In this document: piece by piece, positions 19,425 to 28,777 of the stretch
Layout: each line of letters starts with the position of its first letter
How positions within the stretch are numbered: the stretch's first letter is position 1
NCBI GenBank assembly: GCA_944322955.1
Contig: CALUQQ010000055.1
Coordinates: forward strand, 1 to 50,793
Origin: Candidatus Gastranaerophilales bacterium
Lineage (GTDB): Bacteria > Cyanobacteriota > Vampirovibrionia > Gastranaerophilales > Gastranaerophilaceae
Length of the DNA: 50,793 nt
Direction of reading: 5' to 3'
Made by a program: the position numbers and the translations under genes
The notes under the pieces: generated by a model
Told to the model about the DNA's origin: nothing
The model's database searches: none
Seen by the model: only the letters and a program-made list of their open reading frames with translations

Positions 19425-19433
19425 TGCTAACAT
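19425..19433 (+). promoter_or_regulatory. Extended -10 (TGcTAACAT) 7 nt upstream of the dnaE ATG
   Basis: Read directly; no SD before 19441. Confidence 0.45.
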
Positions 19434-19440
19434 GTAAAGT

Positions 19441-22400
19441 ATGAGCACAGCATATGTACCATTGCATTTACACAGCGAATATTCATTACTGGACGGGGCA
19501 ATACGAGTAAAAGAATTATGCGAATTTGCAAAATCCAATAACATGCCTGCCGTCGCAATTACCGATCATGGAGTTATGTATTCTGCAATAGAATTTTACA
19601 GGGTAGCAAAAGAAACAGGTATAAAAGCCCTTATCGGATGCGAATTTTATGTTCATGACGGAGATATACACGAAAAAAATCCATCCCACAACCCTTTATA
19701 CCATCTTGTATTAATAGCAAAGGACAAAACAGGCTATATGAACCTTGTAAAGCTGGTTTCAATAGCGCACTGTGAGGGCATGTATTACAAACCCAGAATA
19801 AATTTTGAACTACTTAAGGAATATCACGAAGGACTTATCTGCTCATCGGCATGTCTTGGCGGAGAAGTTTTGCAAAACTTGCTGAAAAAGGATTATGAAG
19901 GAGCAAAAGCTGCTGCACAAAAATATAGCGATTTATTCGGCGAAGATTACTACATTGAACTTCAGGATCACGGACTTGATGAACAAAAACGCACGAATCC
20001 GGACTTAATCAAAATTGCACAAGAACTTGGTATAAAAATGGTCATAACAAATGACTCACATTACCTTCGAAAAGAAGACGCCGACTGGCATGACACATTA
20101 TTATGCCTGCAGACAAATGCATTAAAAGATGAACCGAACAGATTTCACTTTCCTAATAATGAATTTTACTTAAAGACACCGGAGGAATTGAGAGATGCAT
20201 TTCGCTGGATGGACAGCGAAATGTTTGAAGAATGCCTAAAAAATACTGTTGATATAGCAGAAAAATGCCATCTGACACTATTAGGCGACAAAAGCCCGCT
20301 TCCTCACTATGAAGTACCAAATGGCCATACAGTCGAGAGTTATCTGGACTTAAAAGTTCACGAAGGCTTAAAATTAAGATACGGAGATGTACCGCCGGAG
20401 ATAGAAAAACGCGTAAAGTATGAACTCGGAATTATTGAACAAATGGGGTTTTCCGCATACTTTTTAATCACATGGGATTTTATTCACTTTGCAAAGACCC
20501 ACGATATACCGGTAGGTCCCGGCAGGGGTTCCGCTGCGGGTTCAGTTGTAGCTTATGCGCTCGGGATAACGGATTTAGACCCGATTGAACACCATCTTTT
20601 GTTTGAAAGATTTTTGAATCCCGAACGTTATAGCATGCCTGATGTTGATATAGATTTCTGTATTGAACGCAGGGGCGAAGTTATAGATTACGTAACTCAA
20701 AAATACGGCGAAGATAAGGTCTGCCAGATTATAACATTTGGGACTTATGCAGCAAAAGCAGCTTTAAAAGGGGTTGCAAGAGTGCTTGATATCCCGTTTG
20801 CAAGAAGCAACTACCTTTCTTCCTTAATTCCGTCAGAGCCAAAGGCAAAAATTGAAGACGCACTCCAGCCGGGCATGGAACTTAAAAAACTTTATGATGA
20901 AGACCCGGAAGTTAAAAAACTTGTGGATATGGCACAGAAAATTGAAGGGATTAAAAACAATGTCGGAACACACGCGGCAGGTGTAATTATTGCACACAAG
21001 CCTCTTAATGAAATTGTGCCTGTTCAGCCGTCGAAAGACGGGATTATTGTAACGGAATACCCGATGGCTGATTTAGAAAAACTCGGGTTATTAAAAATGG
21101 ACTTTTTGGGTTTAAGAAACCTTACCATGATATCCAAAACAATGAAATTAATCAAAAAACGACGCGGCATAGAATTTGATATAAACAAAATTCCGCTGGA
21201 TGACAAACCCACATATGAAATGCTTTCAGAAGGCGATACGGACGGCGTTTTCCAACTTGAATCTGCAGGAATGAAACGTCTTGTAAAAGATTTAAAACCA
21301 GACGTATTTGAAGATTTAGGTGCACTTGTAGCGTTATTCAGACCGGGTCCTTTAGAATCCGGCATGGTAGAGGATTTTGTAAAAAGAAAACACGGCGAGC
21401 AGCAAATAACCTATGCACATCCTCTGTTGGAACCCGTATTAAAAGATACCTACGGAACAATTGTATATCAGGAACAGATTATGCAGGTATTTCAGGTTCT
21501 TGCGGACTATACGCTTGGGCAAGCTGATATGGTACGCAGAATGATGGGTAAAAAGAAACTTGATGAAATGGCCCAGCAGAAAGGCAAATTCATAGAAGGC
21601 GCCGCACGACACGGAATGAATGCAAAAGATGCGGCAGCTTTGTTTGAACAGATTGAAAAATTTGCCTCATACTGCTTTAATAGGTCGCACTCCGCAGCGT
21701 ATGCATTTGTTGCATATCAAACAGCATACCTCAAATGCCATTATAAGGTAGAATATTTATCCTGCCTTTTGTCAAGCGTTTCCGGTGATCAGGACAAAAC
21801 CCAGTTATATATAGAAGAAGCACAGAAAAACGGTATAAAAGTCATGCCTCCGGATATTAACAAATCCTATGCAGAATTTGCACCAGACGGGGATAACATA
21901 AGATTCGGACTAGCCTCCATAAAACAGGTTGGCGACATCGTTGTTGAAAGTATTATAAAGGAACGTGAAGAAAACGGCGAATTTAAATCAATTTATGATT
22001 TTTGTAAAAGAGTTGATCAAAAATGCACAAATAAACGCGTGCTTGAAGGATTAATAAAATCCGGCGCATTTTCAAATATTGAAAAAAGCAGAAAACAGCT
22101 TTTGGAGAACATGGAATATATAGTAGCCACAGCGAATAAAGAAGCTCAGGCAAAAGAACTCGGTCAAGTAAGTTTATTTGCCGGGTTGGAAGATAACGAA
22201 GATTTTTCAGGTACACAATTCCAGCTTGCGGGCAGTGACGAAGAATTTGACCAGCGTCAGCTGCAAATATTTGAAAAGGAATTTTTGGGATTTTACATAA
22301 CCAGCCACCCGCTTTCAACAATACGCGACAAATTGCCGTTTTTAATGACGCATAAAATTTCAGATATACCTGAATTACCGAATGATAAAGTCGTAACAAT

Positions 22401-22914
22401 ATGCGGTCTTATAACGACAACAAGACAAATTCCGACAAAAAAAGATCCGACGAAGTTCATCCGATTTGTAACGGTTGAGGATTTGTCCGGAAAAATTGAG
22501 ACAATATGTTTTAACGGCAAAATTGCAGAATTCGGGACATTTTTGGAGCCTGAACAACGGGTAATCATTTCAGGCAAAGTAAACAGGCGTAACGAAGAAG
22601 AAGCACCTTCAATTATAATTGACAGTGTTAAGCCTGTTGATAATTCAAATATTTTCACTATAGAGTTAAAAGATGATTTAAGATATGAAGAACTGGTATT
22701 TCTGAAGCAAATTTTATGTAAATATGCTGGTTCAGATCCTGTAATGCTAAAATTAAGGGACGAACTAGGCGAGGTAAAAATCCTTGCGGCGTCTATGTTC
22801 TGGGTAGATTCGTGTAATGATCTGGTAAATGAAATTGAACACAGTTTCAGGGACAGAGTCACTGTAAACATAAAGTCATTAGACAATAATACAGAGGAAA
22901 ATGCTGCAGCATAA
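19441..22914 (+). CDS. dnaE: DNA polymerase III alpha subunit
   Basis: PHP N-terminus (VPLHLHSEYSLLDG), GPGRGSAAGS, FNRSHSAAYA; 1157 aa. Confidence 0.97.
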   Translation: MSTAYVPLHLHSEYSLLDGAIRVKELCEFAKSNNMPAVAITDHGVMYSAIEFYRVAKETGIKALIGCEFYVHDGDIHEKNPSHNPLYHLVLIAKDKTGYMNLVKLVSIAHCEGMYYKPRINFELLKEYHEGLICSSACLGGEVLQNLLKKDYEGAKAAAQKYSDLFGEDYYIELQDHGLDEQKRTNPDLIKIAQELGIKMVITNDSHYLRKEDADWHDTLLCLQTNALKDEPNRFHFPNNEFYLKTPEELRDAFRWMDSEMFEECLKNTVDIAEKCHLTLLGDKSPLPHYEVPNGHTVESYLDLKVHEGLKLRYGDVPPEIEKRVKYELGIIEQMGFSAYFLITWDFIHFAKTHDIPVGPGRGSAAGSVVAYALGITDLDPIEHHLLFERFLNPERYSMPDVDIDFCIERRGEVIDYVTQKYGEDKVCQIITFGTYAAKAALKGVARVLDIPFARSNYLSSLIPSEPKAKIEDALQPGMELKKLYDEDPEVKKLVDMAQKIEGIKNNVGTHAAGVIIAHKPLNEIVPVQPSKDGIIVTEYPMADLEKLGLLKMDFLGLRNLTMISKTMKLIKKRRGIEFDINKIPLDDKPTYEMLSEGDTDGVFQLESAGMKRLVKDLKPDVFEDLGALVALFRPGPLESGMVEDFVKRKHGEQQITYAHPLLEPVLKDTYGTIVYQEQIMQVFQVLADYTLGQADMVRRMMGKKKLDEMAQQKGKFIEGAARHGMNAKDAAALFEQIEKFASYCFNRSHSAAYAFVAYQTAYLKCHYKVEYLSCLLSSVSGDQDKTQLYIEEAQKNGIKVMPPDINKSYAEFAPDGDNIRFGLASIKQVGDIVVESIIKEREENGEFKSIYDFCKRVDQKCTNKRVLEGLIKSGAFSNIEKSRKQLLENMEYIVATANKEAQAKELGQVSLFAGLEDNEDFSGTQFQLAGSDEEFDQRQLQIFEKEFLGFYITSHPLSTIRDKLPFLMTHKISDIPELPNDKVVTICGLITTTRQIPTKKDPTKFIRFVTVEDLSGKIETICFNGKIAEFGTFLEPEQRVIISGKVNRRNEEEAPSIIIDSVKPVDNSNIFTIELKDDLRYEELVFLKQILCKYAGSDPVMLKLRDELGEVKILAASMFWVDSCNDLVNEIEHSFRDRVTVNIKSLDNNTEENAAA

Positions 22915-22923
22915 AAAAAAGAC

Positions 22924-22951
22924 TTGCAAAAAAAAATTGCTCATGTATAAT
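22924..22951 (+). promoter_or_regulatory. Promoter TTGCAA-16-TATAAT for tRNA-Gly
   Basis: Read directly, about 19 nt upstream of the tRNA 5' end. Confidence 0.55.
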
Positions 22952-22969
22952 AAAAATACGGCAGAAAAT

Positions 22970-23044
22970 GCGGGGGTAATTCAGTGGTAGAATGCTTCCT
23001 TGCCAAGGAAGATGTCGCGAGTTCGAGCCTCGTCTCCCGCTCCA
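22970..23044 (+). tRNA. tRNA-Gly (anticodon GCC), CCA encoded
   Basis: Cloverleaf folded by hand. Acceptor GCGGGGG/CTCCCGC; anticodon arm CTTCC-TTGCCAA-GGAAG; T arm GCGAG-TTCGAGC-CTCGT. Confidence 0.93.
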
Positions 23045-23077
23045 TAAAAAAGCTCCACCAACAGTGGAGCTTTTTTA
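23045..23077. terminator. Bidirectional rho-independent terminator (tRNA-Gly / sugE)
   Basis: AGCTCCAC-caaca-GTGGAGCT flanked by an A-run and a T-run. Confidence 0.8.
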
Positions 23078-23105
23078 TGGACTAAAGACACTTGCGATAA
23101 CTTAT

Positions 23106-23423
23106 TTAATTTGAAATTAATTTTAAACCGGTTATACCGCAAATAATCAAACCAATACACAACAGTCTCAATACTGTTACTGGTTCCTTGAATAAAATTA
23201 TACCGAGTATGACTGTTCCGAGTGTGCCTATTCCTGTCCAAATTGCATAAGCAGTTCCAAGAGGCAGGCTTTTAAGAGCAAGTGCAAGAAAATAAAAACT
23301 TGCGACCATACAAATTATTGTAACTACAGTTGCAACTGGCTGAGTAAAGCCATGTGACAGTTTTAAGCCTATTGCCCAGCTTATCTCAAACAATCCTGCA
23401 ATTAATAAAATAATCCATTCCAT
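23106..23423 (-). CDS. sugE: SMR-family transporter (SugE/Gdx type)
   Basis: MEWIILLIAGLFEISWAIGLK..., 105 aa, four TM segments; start moved to the ATG at 23423. Confidence 0.88.
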   Translation of the reverse strand: MEWIILLIAGLFEISWAIGLKLSHGFTQPVATVVTIICMVASFYFLALALKSLPLGTAYAIWTGIGTLGTVILGIILFKEPVTVLRLLCIGLIICGITGLKLISN

Positions 23424-23470
23424 AATATTCCTTACGTACACACAACCTTAAAAGAAATTTTTTTTAACTC

Positions 23471-23502
23471 AAAAGAGGTATTCCTTTTGGAATACCTCTT
23501 TT
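23471..23502 (-). terminator. Rho-independent terminator after ddh
   Basis: AAAAGAGGTATTCC-loop-GGAATACCTCTTTT, directly after the stop at 23504. Confidence 0.8.
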
Positions 23503-23503
23503 A

Positions 23504-24484
23504 TTATAACATAGTTTTTCTTAATTCTTCCGCAGATTTGGGGCTTAAGTAAGCCGGCGGGACATCAAAAACGGTTTTGCAGCCGGTTTGACCTTCTTTA
23601 TACATTCTAAAAGCAGCTCTCGCATATGCAACCAAAACGCTTGAGGTAAATCCGGGGTTTGAATCAAGCTTCAAACTGTATTCAATAATGTGTTTTTCGT
23701 CTTTATTTAACCCGGTTACGCCTGAGCGCAAAACAAAACCGCCGTGCGGAATGCCGCTGTGATTTTTCTTAAATTCTTCTTCTGAGATAAAATGAACGGT
23801 CGTGTCATAATCTGCAAAATAATTCGGCATCGTAACTATATCGTGTTCAACCTGTATCGAATCAGCACCATCTTCCAAGACTACAAAACATTCTCTTGTA
23901 TGTTTTTCACGAGTGGAAAGCATTGGATTTTCAGCATTTTTAACCGCTTGAATAGCTTTTTCAACAGGAACGGTATACTGTTTGCCGTCTTTAACGCCTT
24001 TAACACGCCTGATTGCATCCGAATGTCCCTGACTTACACCTCTGCCCCAGAAGGTATAATCATTACCTTCAGGTAAAATTGCATTTGCATACATTCTGTT
24101 CAATGAGAATAAACCGGGATCCCAACCAACTGAAATAATTGCTACCTTACCGCCTTCTTTCGCAGATTTGTCAACATTTTCAAAATGAACCGGAATATTT
24201 GCGTGAGTGTCAAAACTATCAATACAATTAAACATTTTTGCGTATTTTGGAGTTTGCACGGGCAAATCTGTAGCACTGCCGCCGCAAAGAATTAAAACAT
24301 CTATTTTGTCTTTCCAATTTTCCATTGCATCAACACACAAAACTTTTGCTGACTCAGTTTTAATTTTAACACTTTCAGGATTTCTGCGTGTAAACACCGC
24401 AACAAGTTCCATATCAGGATTTTGTCTGACTGCAGCCTCAACACCTCTGCCCAAATTGCCATAACCTAAAATACCAATTCTCAT
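23504..24484 (-). CDS. ddh: meso-Diaminopimelate D-dehydrogenase
   Basis: MRIGILGYGNLGRG N-terminus; about 326 aa. Start moved to the ATG at 24484, which has an AAAGAGG SD. Confidence 0.85.
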   Translation of the reverse strand: MRIGILGYGNLGRGVEAAVRQNPDMELVAVFTRRNPESVKIKTESAKVLCVDAMENWKDKIDVLILCGGSATDLPVQTPKYAKMFNCIDSFDTHANIPVHFENVDKSAKEGGKVAIISVGWDPGLFSLNRMYANAILPEGNDYTFWGRGVSQGHSDAIRRVKGVKDGKQYTVPVEKAIQAVKNAENPMLSTREKHTRECFVVLEDGADSIQVEHDIVTMPNYFADYDTTVHFISEEEFKKNHSGIPHGGFVLRSGVTGLNKDEKHIIEYSLKLDSNPGFTSSVLVAYARAAFRMYKEGQTGCKTVFDVPPAYLSPKSAEELRKTML

Positions 24485-24562
24485 AATAGCACCTCTTTCG
24501 TGTAAAAATAACACTTAAATATAACATGAAAGATAAGTGCGTAACAAAAATATTAAGAAATA

Positions 24563-24772
24563 TTATTCTTCAATCAAGATATTATCCTGAACGGATGCAA
24601 AAATACCTAAAATATGCTGTTCTTCAGCAGTAAATGAAGTATTCGGAACAAATTTGTTACGTCCTCCGCCTGTAAACACACTGTTAATACTTTCTTGACC
24701 TTTTATGTTTTTAGCTGCGGAAACTTCACCCGTACCAAACATTTTACCGATATTATTAACGTTAAATCCCAT
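24563..24772 (-). CDS. Hypothetical small protein (69 aa)
   Basis: AAAGGA SD before the ATG; no recognisable motif. Confidence 0.45.
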   Translation of the reverse strand: MGFNVNNIGKMFGTGEVSAAKNIKGQESINSVFTGGGRNKFVPNTSFTAEEQHILGIFASVQDNILIEE

Positions 24773-24918
24773 AAAGGCATCCTTTCAAATATTATATCGG
24801 ATTTTCCTGACAAAACTTTAGCCGTTCGGACAAAATATTAACTAATGTTTACAATCAATTGAAAGATAGTACGATTAACTGTATTATAAATAATGTCAGT
24901 ATATAGGAGTAAAATTAT

Positions 24919-26064
24919 ATGAAAAGAACATTCAAAGGGTTATTATCGTTAATTGCCGCTGCTTTAACAATTACGGCAGCGAACGCATTTCCGGATGTAG
25001 CAGACGAATACTGGGCAGCAGCGCAAATTAAAGAACTGTCCGAACAGGGTGTAATCGTAGGTTATCCTGACGGGACATTCAAACCTGACGACAATGTAAC
25101 ACGTGCGGAATTTGCGTCAATGGCGATAAAGGCACTCGGTCAACAAAATACAAAAGTAGTGCAGCCGGTCAGTTTTTCAGACATAACTACGGAATACTGG
25201 GCTTATGATGCAATACAAAAGGCAATATATTTTGACCTTGTATCAGTGCCAAAAGAAGGCGACCTTTTTAGACCCGATGACAGTGTTTCAAGAGCCGAAT
25301 CTTTGTCAGTAGCCGTAAATGCACTGACAACAGAACAAATTAGCGAACAAAAAGCAAAAGAAGTTCTTGAAAAAATGTATATAGACACACACACAATTCC
25401 GGAATGGTTTTTAATACCTGCAGGAAAGGCCGAAATTTTAGGCATGATGGTAATTATGCCAAGTGCCGATAAGGCGAAAGTCGAAGCCGAAAGACCTGCA
25501 ACACGTGCGGAAGTTGCCGCAATATTATTCAAAATGATGGAGCAGGCTAAATTAAATCCTAATGCAAAACTAGCAGAAGCAATGCGAAAGAAAACCGGTG
25601 ACGGCTTTGTTATTGAGAATGCGACAGTTCAAGGAAGCATCGGTACAATTCCGGCCGGTTCAATTGTTCCGGTTGAATTAACCAAATACATAAGTTCTCA
25701 AACGTCTGAACCGGGCGATTTGTTCGCTGGTGTTGCTGCTCAAAATTACGTAACAAAAGAAAAATTTATACTTGTAAATAAAGGGGCGACCCTTAAAGGT
25801 CAATTGATTGACGTCAGACCAGGAAGATGGTTTGTAAGAAACGGCGTACTGGTGCTGGACAATTCACTCATAACAACAAATAACGACCAGACAACAAATT
25901 TTAGCGCAGTCGCGAATATTAAAAAAGACCGCAATTGGTTTATGAAGTTTGTAAGATTCTGTTTCAAAGGCGAAAAACTTGAAGTTCCGGCACAAGGGAC
26001 AGTTGACCTGAAACTTTTAAAACCTGTTCAGGTAGACTTAACCAATGGCTGGATACTTGAATAA
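24919..26064 (+). CDS. SLH-domain envelope protein with a VirB10/TrbI-like C-terminal region
   Basis: Signal peptide, then three SLH-like repeats (FPDV..YWA...G..GYPDGTFKPD..VTRAE). C-terminus IPAGSIVPVELTKYISSQTSEPGDLFAG...GATLKGQL. Confidence 0.75.
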   Translation: MKRTFKGLLSLIAAALTITAANAFPDVADEYWAAAQIKELSEQGVIVGYPDGTFKPDDNVTRAEFASMAIKALGQQNTKVVQPVSFSDITTEYWAYDAIQKAIYFDLVSVPKEGDLFRPDDSVSRAESLSVAVNALTTEQISEQKAKEVLEKMYIDTHTIPEWFLIPAGKAEILGMMVIMPSADKAKVEAERPATRAEVAAILFKMMEQAKLNPNAKLAEAMRKKTGDGFVIENATVQGSIGTIPAGSIVPVELTKYISSQTSEPGDLFAGVAAQNYVTKEKFILVNKGATLKGQLIDVRPGRWFVRNGVLVLDNSLITTNNDQTTNFSAVANIKKDRNWFMKFVRFCFKGEKLEVPAQGTVDLKLLKPVQVDLTNGWILE

Positions 26065-26070
26065 AATTTT

Positions 26071-26099
26071 TCAAACCCTCTTTCCGAAAGAGGGTTTGA
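26071..26099 (+). terminator. 13-bp perfect hairpin after the SLH gene
   Basis: TCAAACCCTCTTT-ccg-AAAGAGGGTTTGA; no clear U-tail. Confidence 0.55.
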
Positions 26100-26173
26100 A
26101 CTTTACAAGCCATAATTTAGGGGTAGAGTGTATCAAACAACATTAATCGTTCAAACTTATTTTTTCGGGATTA

Positions 26174-26263
26174 AATAATGTATACCCAAACCCGCTTAGT
26201 TAACATATCGCCGGTATGCAGCCAGCCATTTTAATAATGTATACCCAGACCCGCCTAGTTAAC
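26174..26263. repeat. Two 31-nt direct repeats (26174-26204, 26233-26263; 2 mismatches) separated by 28 nt
   Basis: aataatgtatacccaRacccgcYtagttaac read twice. Confidence 0.85.
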
Positions 26264-26288
26264 TCAAAAAAGCTTTATAGGCTCTTAT

Positions 26289-27017
26289 TTATCTTAAAAT
26301 CATGTCGTCATTAATTTCCCAATTATGTCGAATAATATAAGAAAAACAATAATAACCGCGCCCGCCGTCTGAACAATCAGCATCAACTTCGTCATTAGAT
26401 TTGTCCGAACCTGCCGGCAAAAGATTTCTGTTATTAAACACAAACACAAAAATATCTCGTCCGATAACATTCGGGCCGGAATCACCATTTACATCAACAT
26501 GCATAACAAGCCCGGCTTTATCCATTTCAACTCCGAAATTATCTTCAATATCCTGCGCACTGGCACCGTCCATATTAACATAAACATTATCAAGCGTTTG
26601 AAAAACAATTATATTACCGCCAATTCCTTTAGTGCCTTCATCCCAAATCGCAGTCTGACCGTTCAATTGTTTAGTGACGCCTTCCTTATGCCAGCAGCCC
26701 GGAGTGTCATCCAGACAGTCTTTTTGTATACGTAAATTAGGTTTCAAATAATAATTATACCAATTTTTCATACTTTCATTATTACCGTCCTCAAAATCAA
26801 CGTATGAATAACCCAAATTATCTGCTACGGTTTTTTGAATAGCCTGCTGCAAAACCGAATAAGTTTTTTTCAATTTTGTAATTGTTACAACGCGCTTGTA
26901 ATCCTTAATCAATGTCGGAATAGTCATTGCGGCAACAATTCCGATAACACCAAGTGTTATCAAAACTTCCGCAAGAGTAAATGCCGTATGAAATTTATTA
27001 ACACAAAATCTGGACAT
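26289..27017 (-). CDS. Prepilin-type N-terminal cleavage/methylation protein
   Basis: MSRFCVNKFHTA/FTLAEVLITLGVIGIVAAMTIPTL and DVNGDSGPN motif. I prefer the ATG at 27017 over the TTG at 27047. Confidence 0.8.
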   Translation of the reverse strand: MSRFCVNKFHTAFTLAEVLITLGVIGIVAAMTIPTLIKDYKRVVTITKLKKTYSVLQQAIQKTVADNLGYSYVDFEDGNNESMKNWYNYYLKPNLRIQKDCLDDTPGCWHKEGVTKQLNGQTAIWDEGTKGIGGNIIVFQTLDNVYVNMDGASAQDIEDNFGVEMDKAGLVMHVDVNGDSGPNVIGRDIFVFVFNNRNLLPAGSDKSNDEVDADCSDGGRGYYCFSYIIRHNWEINDDMILR

Positions 27018-27414
27018 GAACTGTTCTGGTCCTCGCTTTATTATCAAAATCTACCAACACGATTTGCTGCCACTGCCCTAATTGCAAAGCTCCTTCCAAT
27101 AGAGGCACCATTGTAGAATTACCTACAATTGAAGCTCTGATATGAGAATAACCGTTTCCATCATGCCACATCTCATCATGATGATATTCTTTATTAACCG
27201 GCACAATTTTATCCAAAATTTCCGGCAAATCTTTTAACAAACCAGGTTCATACTCAATATTTGTAATTGAAACAGTGCTGCCGGCGACATACACATATAC
27301 AACCGCATCTTTCAATGAATGCCTGTATACAAGATTTTTCACCTCGTTAGTAACATCGATAATATCAGTATTACCTTTAGTATGTACTGTAAATTTTTCA
27401 CAAATTATTGTCAT
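26998..27414 (-). CDS. yjbQ: YjbQ/UPF0047 family protein (secondary thiamine-phosphate synthase-like)
   Basis: 138 aa with the family-typical ...YHHDEMWHDGNGYSHIRASIVG... block. Confidence 0.8.
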   Translation of the reverse strand: MTIICEKFTVHTKGNTDIIDVTNEVKNLVYRHSLKDAVVYVYVAGSTVSITNIEYEPGLLKDLPEILDKIVPVNKEYHHDEMWHDGNGYSHIRASIVGNSTMVPLLEGALQLGQWQQIVLVDFDNKARTRTVHVQILC

Positions 27415-28724
27415 AAACTAAATCTAATGTCCCCGCGTTTTACGATTTTTCGTCCTTTAGAATATGTTGAATACGGCATGTATTTGTTAACAATTGCTCT
27501 GTAATCCTCGCCGTCATCAAGCTTAAACACATTGAAATCAGCATCTTTGCCGACTTCTATGGAACCTGTGACATGATCAAGCCTTAAAATTTTTGCAGGA
27601 TAAATCGTCAAATATTTCAAAAGTTCAATAACATCAAGCTGATTTTCACTGTTGCATTCAACTGCAAGTTTTAAAAGGCTGTAATCTTTTTCAAGCTTGA
27701 AACTTTGAGAAGAGAACCCGAAATTTTTCCCGAAATATTTCAAAACAGTTGAAAAATCAAGTTTTTTATTGCAGATTTCCTCGCTGTATCTGGGCTGATA
27801 AACAAATTTAACGCCTGTTTCAGCAAGTTCTTCAAGCTGGCTGTCATTTACGTAATTCGCATTGACAGCAATAACCTTTTTAGTTAAAACTTTCAAATCA
27901 TCAAGATATTTAACAGGATCTTCCATACGCTTGTACGGTGTAATTTTTCTAAATCCCATAAATTTATGCAATAAATCAATATCGGAAAATCCGTGCTCCA
28001 GCCATTCCATTTCGTCCTGAGCTTCAGCAAAACGTGTCATCAAAAGCATGTTATGCTTGCGGCAGTATTTGGAAAACAATTCCCATAATTTTTTATGCAC
28101 ACCCGGAATTGAATGAAGCATAATTCCGATGTGGGTATTTTCGCCTTTATGGAATACGTAATTTTCAACCTTATCTCGCAAAGCCTTGAATTTTTTCTTA
28201 CTTTTGTCGGAGCTGTCCGCAAAAACCTCAAAAAACATATAGTTTTTAATAGGAGTTTTATTTATAATTTCAAAATACTTATCCTCTTTTGAAACCTGAG
28301 CAATACATGTAGTGCCGGCTTTAACGGAAGCTGCCAGACCGTCTTTAAAAGATTGAATTTTTTCATACCTGTCTAAAACAAAATAATCGCTCAGAATATT
28401 TGCCCATTTTAAGCTGTAATTATCAGGTTTTACGCCAGCAAAGGTATATTTTTTTGCAATTGTCTGAAAGAATTTTTTCAAATTATTTTTAACGCCGCAG
28501 GGCTTTATTTTTCCGATATCCGTATACTGATACTGGGTGAACATGTCGATAAATCCCGGCGTAACGACTGAATTTCCGAGATCTTTGACAAATTTTTCTT
28601 CAAATTTTGAAGTTTCATCATTCGGAATAATTTCAACAAACTTGCCTTCATCAACTACCAGCGCCATATTTTCAAGCACATCGCCCGTTGAAGTTAATAT
28701 CCATCTTGATTTGTAGCACTTCAT
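27411..28724 (-). CDS. Amidohydrolase-fold protein lacking the N-terminal HxH metal motif
   Basis: ...VVTPGFIDMFTQ... where PGFIDxHxH is expected; C-terminal GSIEVGKDADF. Confidence 0.65.
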   Translation of the reverse strand: MKCYKSRWILTSTGDVLENMALVVDEGKFVEIIPNDETSKFEEKFVKDLGNSVVTPGFIDMFTQYQYTDIGKIKPCGVKNNLKKFFQTIAKKYTFAGVKPDNYSLKWANILSDYFVLDRYEKIQSFKDGLAASVKAGTTCIAQVSKEDKYFEIINKTPIKNYMFFEVFADSSDKSKKKFKALRDKVENYVFHKGENTHIGIMLHSIPGVHKKLWELFSKYCRKHNMLLMTRFAEAQDEMEWLEHGFSDIDLLHKFMGFRKITPYKRMEDPVKYLDDLKVLTKKVIAVNANYVNDSQLEELAETGVKFVYQPRYSEEICNKKLDFSTVLKYFGKNFGFSSQSFKLEKDYSLLKLAVECNSENQLDVIELLKYLTIYPAKILRLDHVTGSIEVGKDADFNVFKLDDGEDYRAIVNKYMPYSTYSKGRKIVKRGDIRFSL

Positions 28725-28777
28725 GTTACACCCCTTGATTTTAAGGATAACAAATTTTCACTAAAAAAGCAAGTACA

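Noticed and set aside
22293-22886. 197-aa ORF antisense to the dnaE 3' region
   Set aside because: Ser/Phe/Ile-rich composition typical of the antisense of Lys/Glu-rich coding sequence. It has no SD and lies wholly inside a well-supported gene.
22970-23105. tRNA-Gly as an integration site for a genomic island
   Set aside because: No integrase, direct repeat of the tRNA 3' end, or compositional break follows it. The flanking genes (sugE, ddh) look chromosomal.
23424-23470. Possible guanidine riboswitch upstream of the sugE/gdx-type SMR gene
   Set aside because: Only about 45 nt separate the ddh terminator from the ATG. I saw no ACGR-loop hairpin pair or ykkC-like elements.
24563-24772. Shared N-terminal motif NVxxIxxMF between the 69-aa protein here and the 47065-47817 protein
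   Set aside because: The match is too short (about 9 residues) to separate from chance without statistics.
26174-26263. Calling the two 31-nt repeats a CRISPR array
   Set aside because: There are only two imperfect units and one spacer, with no leader or cas genes in the window. I kept it as an unexplained repeat instead.
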